In this document: positions 59,245 to 64,000 of the stretch, piece after piece
Position numbering within the stretch: position 1 is the stretch's first letter
How the letters are laid out: each line of letters begins with the position of its first letter
Translations under genes and position numbers: made by a program
Origin: Candidatus Fermentibacteraceae bacterium
GTDB taxonomy: Bacteria; Fermentibacterota; Fermentibacteria; Fermentibacterales; JCC-6
Length of the DNA stretch: 64,000 bases
Reading direction: 5' to 3'
Assembly: GCA_016744855.1 (NCBI GenBank)
Contig: JADGDO010000001.1
Location: 256,765 to 320,764 of the forward strand
Notes under the pieces: generated by a model
The model's input: only the letters and a program-made list of their open reading frames with translations
What the model was told of the DNA's origin: nothing
The model's database searches: none

Positions 59245-60177
59245 TTGAAGTGGCTCGTAATCGTCAACAGAAAAGCCGGAGGAGGTTCCGCAGGGAAACT
59301 GTGGAAGGAAACTTTATCTAGCCTGTTAAATGCAGGTATAAATTTTGTTTCTAAATTTACTGAAGCCCCTGCCCAGACAAGGCTCCTCGCTTCAAATGCG
59401 CTTTCTCTGGGATTTGACGGAATAATAGTATATGGTGGAGATGGTACTATTTCGGATGCATCGGCTGCTATTTCCTTTCTTGAAACAAAGCCTCTACTCG
59501 CTTTTATCCCTGCAGGCTCTGGAAATGACTGGATACGCTCTATTGGTTTTAATCCTCCTACTGTTCATTCATGCATAGAGGCAATTGCTGCTGGAAACAC
59601 AAAGGTAGTTGATGCTGGTATGTGTGTATGGCCTGGTGGAAGTCGATTTTTTCTGAATTCAGCAGGTATTGGTTTCGATGCACTGGTATTGAAGAGAGTG
59701 GTTTTCTTACGTCGATTTCTTCCACTAGGTCAATTGAGCTATCTTTTGACACTGATAGCCTCTGCGCTCTTTCCACCTCACTGGAGAGCAACTGTCTACT
59801 CTGACTCTAAACCTGTCTATAAGGGTGACTATCTTACACTTACAACTGGCGTGGGTAGATACTCCGGTGGCGGCATGCAACTCTCTCCAACTGCAGTTCC
59901 AGATGATGGCTTGCTGGACAGCGTAGTTCTTTCTCCAATGAACTTTTTTATAATGGCAAGACACATTGGAAAACTGTTTGATGGAACTCTTCATAGGACT
60001 AGATGGGCAACATCTGCTAAAGGGAGTGTTATAAGAATTGAGCCATCTAAACCGGGTGCTGTAATTCTTGAGCTTGATGGTGAAGTTGTAATTCTGAGTG
60101 AAAAATGTGAATTCATTGAACTGATTTCGATGCCCAATGAATTGAGAGTTATTGCCCCTGTTGCAGAACAAACCTAA
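59245..60177 (+). CDS. Diacylglycerol kinase-family lipid kinase (YegS/DagK-like)
   Basis: IVN.KAG, GGDGT, PAGSGND, FLNSAGIGFDA, GGGM..SP.A.PDDG.LD, LDGE; SD GGAGG. Confidence 0.92.
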   Translation: MKWLVIVNRKAGGGSAGKLWKETLSSLLNAGINFVSKFTEAPAQTRLLASNALSLGFDGIIVYGGDGTISDASAAISFLETKPLLAFIPAGSGNDWIRSIGFNPPTVHSCIEAIAAGNTKVVDAGMCVWPGGSRFFLNSAGIGFDALVLKRVVFLRRFLPLGQLSYLLTLIASALFPPHWRATVYSDSKPVYKGDYLTLTTGVGRYSGGGMQLSPTAVPDDGLLDSVVLSPMNFFIMARHIGKLFDGTLHRTRWATSAKGSVIRIEPSKPGAVILELDGEVVILSEKCEFIELISMPNELRVIAPVAEQT

Positions 60178-60802
60178 CAACGTCTTCTGGAGTCTCTGCG
60201 AACAACTCTGCTCCCGCCGCTTCCAATTGCTCTTTTGTTCTAAATCCCCAGAGCACGGACATACAAGCAATTCCGGCAGCTTCTGACGTCAGAACATCTG
60301 CTTCCCCATCGCCCACAAACAGTACACTCTCTGATGATATTGTGAATTCTGCCAGCATTTCGAGAAGAACATCAGCTGTTGGTTTTGCAGGTTTACCCGG
60401 CAGAGAGCCTCGGGTTCCGCGGAAAGCAGCAAAATTCAAATGGTCAGAAACAGACTTATCAACACCATTTTGAAGTTTGTTGCTTAGTACAAGCATTCCA
60501 ATTCCTCTTGCTGACAGTTTTTCAATCATCTCAGCAACCCCCGGGTAGAGGAGTGCTTTCGAATTCTTCATTTCAGCAAACCCTCTCCCCATCTCAAGAG
60601 AAGCTTCAGTTACTAAATTATCAGAAACACCGACATTTTTCAATAGGTATTCAACTCCATAGCCGACTTGGGCCTGTACCTGTTCTCTTGTTTTTTCAGG
60701 CAAACCAATTCTTCTTAAGATGGAATTAACTGAAGGCACAATATCGGGGATTGTGTTAAGCAGAGTACCATCAAGATCAAAAATTACCGTGTTATATGGC
60801 AT
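60149..60802 (-). CDS. HAD-family phosphatase (phosphoglycolate phosphatase-like)
   Basis: IFDLDGTL, LSNK, KP, FVGD..AD, V.WGF. Confidence 0.9.
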   Translation of the reverse strand: MPYNTVIFDLDGTLLNTIPDIVPSVNSILRRIGLPEKTREQVQAQVGYGVEYLLKNVGVSDNLVTEASLEMGRGFAEMKNSKALLYPGVAEMIEKLSARGIGMLVLSNKLQNGVDKSVSDHLNFAAFRGTRGSLPGKPAKPTADVLLEMLAEFTISSESVLFVGDGEADVLTSEAAGIACMSVLWGFRTKEQLEAAGAELFAETPEDVVRFVLQQGQ

Positions 60803-61500
60803 TACTGAATCCCCTCAGAAGGTTGGAAATAGTTACTGCAGGTTTGCACAGCCTCTAAACGCAAAATTTCAGCCTCTTCAGCACTTATCTCTTCAGGTTT
60901 CCAGACGGAAGGTGCCAAAACATCGCAATCAAGAACTGTTATGGCAATAACACATGCAGCAATGTAGGTACCACAGGCAGAGGGATGTGCGCCGTCACCG
61001 GCGTAGGGATCGATTTCCTGGTGGAATCGTCTTATCCTCTCAAATGCCAAGCCACATGGAGCTACAGTCGAATTGTTAATAAAACCCATCCTGGAATATC
61101 CAAAGCGAAGCCCTTCAAGCATTATCGGATCATTTTTCCTTGCCCATGTCATTAAAAACACCGGTTCAGCACCGTATGAAGCTGTCAGCAGGGCCAGGCT
61201 GTCTCCATAGAGGTATGTAAGAGATGGATTTATCACAGGCATGCAGCTCTGCTCCTGAAAAATGACAGTATTCCAATCACCGTGTTCAATTTTCTCTAGA
61301 AGAGACTGATTGTTCCAATGATTTTCAAATGTGGCTCCACCGGAGGTGTGGGAATCTACAGAAAGGGTATCCGACTCCAATGAATCGTATATCTCTTTTA
61401 CATAAACCCACAAGCCGCCATTGCCAAAGGTATAACTGTTGCCAACAAATAGAATGTTGGGAGCTGAGATCAGTCCGAGTAAAACAAGTATTGGTGTCAT
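60802..61500 (-). CDS. Exported SGNH/GDSL-like hydrolase
   Basis: ILFVGNSYT, W..VIFQEQS, MTW, DGAHPS..G.Y. Start ATG 61500. Confidence 0.8.
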   Translation of the reverse strand: MTPILVLLGLISAPNILFVGNSYTFGNGGLWVYVKEIYDSLESDTLSVDSHTSGGATFENHWNNQSLLEKIEHGDWNTVIFQEQSCMPVINPSLTYLYGDSLALLTASYGAEPVFLMTWARKNDPIMLEGLRFGYSRMGFINNSTVAPCGLAFERIRRFHQEIDPYAGDGAHPSACGTYIAACVIAITVLDCDVLAPSVWKPEEISAEEAEILRLEAVQTCSNYFQPSEGIQ

Positions 61501-62864
61501 TTGCCACCCCCGCAAACAACTACCCTGAAACTGGACTCATCCGATTCGCTACAGACTCTTACCGAATAAACGCCGTTTGGAAGCTGCACTGATAGATTAA
61601 GAATATTTTCTCCCTGAGCAACAACCGATGATATTTCCTGAACAATTCTACCGGTTAAATCATGAACTAAAATATTAAGATATCCAGTTTCTAAAGCTTC
61701 TACACTCATGGATAGAAGAGCATTCCTTACAGGATTATTCATTATGCTGACTTCAAAATGAGTAGGAACTGCCTCCCCTGCACTCTGTGTCTCCAGCAGA
61801 CCGAGAGAGTCAGTTTTCAGCAATAATCCTTGATAAACATCTTCTGTAACACACCCGGATACAGCAAATCCTCCGTCGCTTACTGATGCAATCGAAAGGC
61901 CGTAATCCGGAGAGGAAGAACCGTGTTTCCTCTCCCAAAGGAGTTCGCCGGTTTCCGTATATCTGCACATTAACAGATCGGATCTGTTGGATTCGCTCAT
62001 CGGTAGGGAATTTGTCCATCCGCAAAGAACAAAATCACCTTCCGGGAGTGAAACGAGATCCGTTCCACGGTTCCAGCTTGTGCCGCTCAGCGATTCCATC
62101 CATAGTATTGAGAAAGCCTGGTCGAGCTTTATAAGCTGAGTTTCATAACACATGTTATTCATTTCCGTCATAGTATTTACAAGAACAAATACACCCCTGG
62201 AGTCTGCAACAATAGCCTCCGGCGAATACCTTCCGGTCTCAGGTAGTATTCTGTGAAGTTCCGGGTTCCCGCCTGACAGATCAAGCAAAAGCACGCACAA
62301 ATCGCTCTGCCATCCCGGTTGTTCAGAAGTTCCCAGGATATAAAGATTATCGTTAGAAACACTAATATCTCGAACACTGATATCTATCTCGGGGTAATCT
62401 GTTTCCCAGAGTATATTGCCATTTGAATCAATTCCGACTACCTCAATAAACCCTCTCCCACTGCTTGTAAGAAAAACAGTTGAGTTTTCTGTACAGAGAG
62501 TAACCTGAGACAGGTACTGTCCGGTAAAGGATGTCTCCCACTGCTCCGTTCCGGAATTATCGATAAAAACAAGCGTAGCCGTTTCATCACCTGTATCTGC
62601 GCAAAGCGTTACGATTCCATTTTGAAAATCTGCTGAAGCAACTGGTTCTCCGGAAAATGATGCAGCTTCTGAAGAAACCATTCCGTATTGATCCAGTTTA
62701 TAGATAACTGTCTGAGGAATCCCTCCCCAACCGGAGGATAGAGCTGCAACGGAAAGGTAACCTGTAGCGATTTCTCTTCCATAAACAACAGATTGAGCAC
62801 CCTCACTCTGCAGAACTGATGAAAAACAGGGAAGGCAAATGAGAGCACTCAATAGTTGTATCAT
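61497..62864 (-). CDS. Secreted beta-propeller protein with T9SS-type C-terminal domain
   Basis: Signal peptide; repeats (D..G...W, LLKTD..G); CTD NP...HDLTGR.V...GVY.VRV...VVV. Confidence 0.75.
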   Translation of the reverse strand: MIQLLSALICLPCFSSVLQSEGAQSVVYGREIATGYLSVAALSSGWGGIPQTVIYKLDQYGMVSSEAASFSGEPVASADFQNGIVTLCADTGDETATLVFIDNSGTEQWETSFTGQYLSQVTLCTENSTVFLTSSGRGFIEVVGIDSNGNILWETDYPEIDISVRDISVSNDNLYILGTSEQPGWQSDLCVLLLDLSGGNPELHRILPETGRYSPEAIVADSRGVFVLVNTMTEMNNMCYETQLIKLDQAFSILWMESLSGTSWNRGTDLVSLPEGDFVLCGWTNSLPMSESNRSDLLMCRYTETGELLWERKHGSSSPDYGLSIASVSDGGFAVSGCVTEDVYQGLLLKTDSLGLLETQSAGEAVPTHFEVSIMNNPVRNALLSMSVEALETGYLNILVHDLTGRIVQEISSVVAQGENILNLSVQLPNGVYSVRVCSESDESSFRVVVCGGGK

Positions 62865-63967
62865 TATTCATTCACCTCAACCAGATATACTTTCGGCCAG
62901 TCTTCAGGATCAGAATCATAAGCAAGGAAACCATATGGAGAAATCATGTAATCAGCTCTTTCAGCAATAGACCCGTCAGGTATTGCAATGTTCAACAGCT
63001 CACCTTCCGGTGAATAGACTCTAAAATAAGGTGTTCCGGTGTCTCCCATAGCAACCCAAATTCTTCCCTGGTTGTCTACACCCAACCCATCAATAATAGT
63101 GCGGTATTCATCGGTTCTTGGCTCTCTGTTTCTCTCTATTGAACTACCCTCGTCACTGATACTCATTGCGATTGATAGTTGGTCTTCCAGAAGCTCTTCT
63201 TCTGAGAGTGGAATTCTATCCCATACCTCCTCGATGCGGAAAATTTCATCGCCCTCGGGAGAGAAAGAGACAACTTTAAAAATAGAATCCGATTTCTCTG
63301 CAAGAATTGCTTCACCGTTCCCTCCTCCCGCCATACTCAATTGTGTGCTGGAGCTAAGCATCCCACCCTGCATATCGAGTAACTGACTCTCATAAACAAC
63401 TGAGGGTTCTGATGAGTCACTGAAAGAAGCAAACATCATTTCAGCCCGAGGACCTTCTTCCCCCTCAAAATCCAGCATAAGATGCTGAGCAAGGTAGGAA
63501 TCGGTAACAGTACCTGTAATACGGGTGGGGGGCATCATGCCGAAATCTGTGATTTCATCTCTGAAAGCTCCATCGGAATTGTATCTGATTACTTTTGAGC
63601 CGGCCATATCAGATAAAACATATCCGTTCCCGGTTACTGCCATTCCTAACGGCATCTGGTATTCACCGGGGCCCTGACCGCTGTTACCTATTTTCAAGAG
63701 TTCTTCACCGGTTGGATCAAATATTTGCAAAGTGGCTTTTTGCGCATCTAACACTGCAATAGTCCCATCGGGAGTGTATGCAGAGGCAACAAGAAATGCA
63801 AAAACTAGAGATTCCTCCCCCATTTCAACGCCGATTGTATCGACAGCAGTTAGGTAAAGAGTGTCAACAGCAGCTAATTCGGCCTTCTCTGAGATGACTG
63901 CCGCTTCCTCACCACCGCAAGCTACGAGAAGAAGAATTAGAGCTGACAGAAGAACAATACTTTTCAT
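62864..63967 (-). CDS. Six-bladed beta-propeller (NHL-like) lipoprotein
   Basis: Lipobox LVAC; FD..G.....IG..GQGPGEY..P; VD.QGRIWV. Start moved to ATG 63967. Confidence 0.78.
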   Translation of the reverse strand: MKSIVLLSALILLLVACGGEEAAVISEKAELAAVDTLYLTAVDTIGVEMGEESLVFAFLVASAYTPDGTIAVLDAQKATLQIFDPTGEELLKIGNSGQGPGEYQMPLGMAVTGNGYVLSDMAGSKVIRYNSDGAFRDEITDFGMMPPTRITGTVTDSYLAQHLMLDFEGEEGPRAEMMFASFSDSSEPSVVYESQLLDMQGGMLSSSTQLSMAGGGNGEAILAEKSDSIFKVVSFSPEGDEIFRIEEVWDRIPLSEEELLEDQLSIAMSISDEGSSIERNREPRTDEYRTIIDGLGVDNQGRIWVAMGDTGTPYFRVYSPEGELLNIAIPDGSIAERADYMISPYGFLAYDSDPEDWPKVYLVEVNE

Positions 63968-64000
63968 TTCGCACATCCTTTTCTTCAAGGTGTTTTCATG

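Noticed and set aside
59725..60270. 181-aa minus-strand ORF and the other short overlapping ORFs in the track
   Set aside because: They overlap well-supported genes in other frames or strands and show no recognisable motifs.
1..64000. Genome-wide UGA reassignment (genetic code 4 or 25) as the explanation for the in-frame UGA
   Set aside because: Many conserved genes end properly at TGA (queF, queD, queC, mutS, ATGA overlaps), and no other gene here is interrupted.
1..64000. CRISPR arrays, IS elements, prophage genes, rRNA
   Set aside because: No spaced direct repeats, transposases, phage genes or rRNA-like segments were seen; nearly all sequence is accounted for by CDSs.

Overview
A gene-dense, core-genome-like window from an anaerobic Gram-negative bacterium. 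Three proteins with T9SS-type C-terminal tails, a C25 gingipain-like protease, MsbA and a heptosyltransferase suggest an FCB-related lineage, possibly Ca. Fermentibacterota (inference only). Contents: the 3' part of an archaeal-type gatE; seven histidine kinases; queuosine genes (queF apart, and queC-queE-queD-folE2); a long, translationally coupled locus of glycosyltransferases and membrane proteins; mutS; an ECF sigma/anti-sigma/HtrA-like operon; a REC-flanked GspE/PilB ATPase linked to a phosphorelay; secG followed by a tRNA-Leu; and a Rex-led trimeric [FeFe]-hydrogenase operon with a sensory hydrogenase-histidine kinase fusion. The top finding is that ORFs 28477..28830 and 27820..28455 are one frame interrupted by a single UGA in a Cys-UGA-Gly-Gly context, followed by a well-formed SECIS-like hairpin. 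This predicts a secreted beta-propeller selenoprotein with a T9SS-type tail. Other oddities include an AAG anticodon in the tRNA-Leu, GatE in a bacterium, a probable ATT start codon and an HtrA homologue lacking catalytic residues. No mobile elements or CRISPR arrays were seen. All calls come from motif recognition, not database searches.
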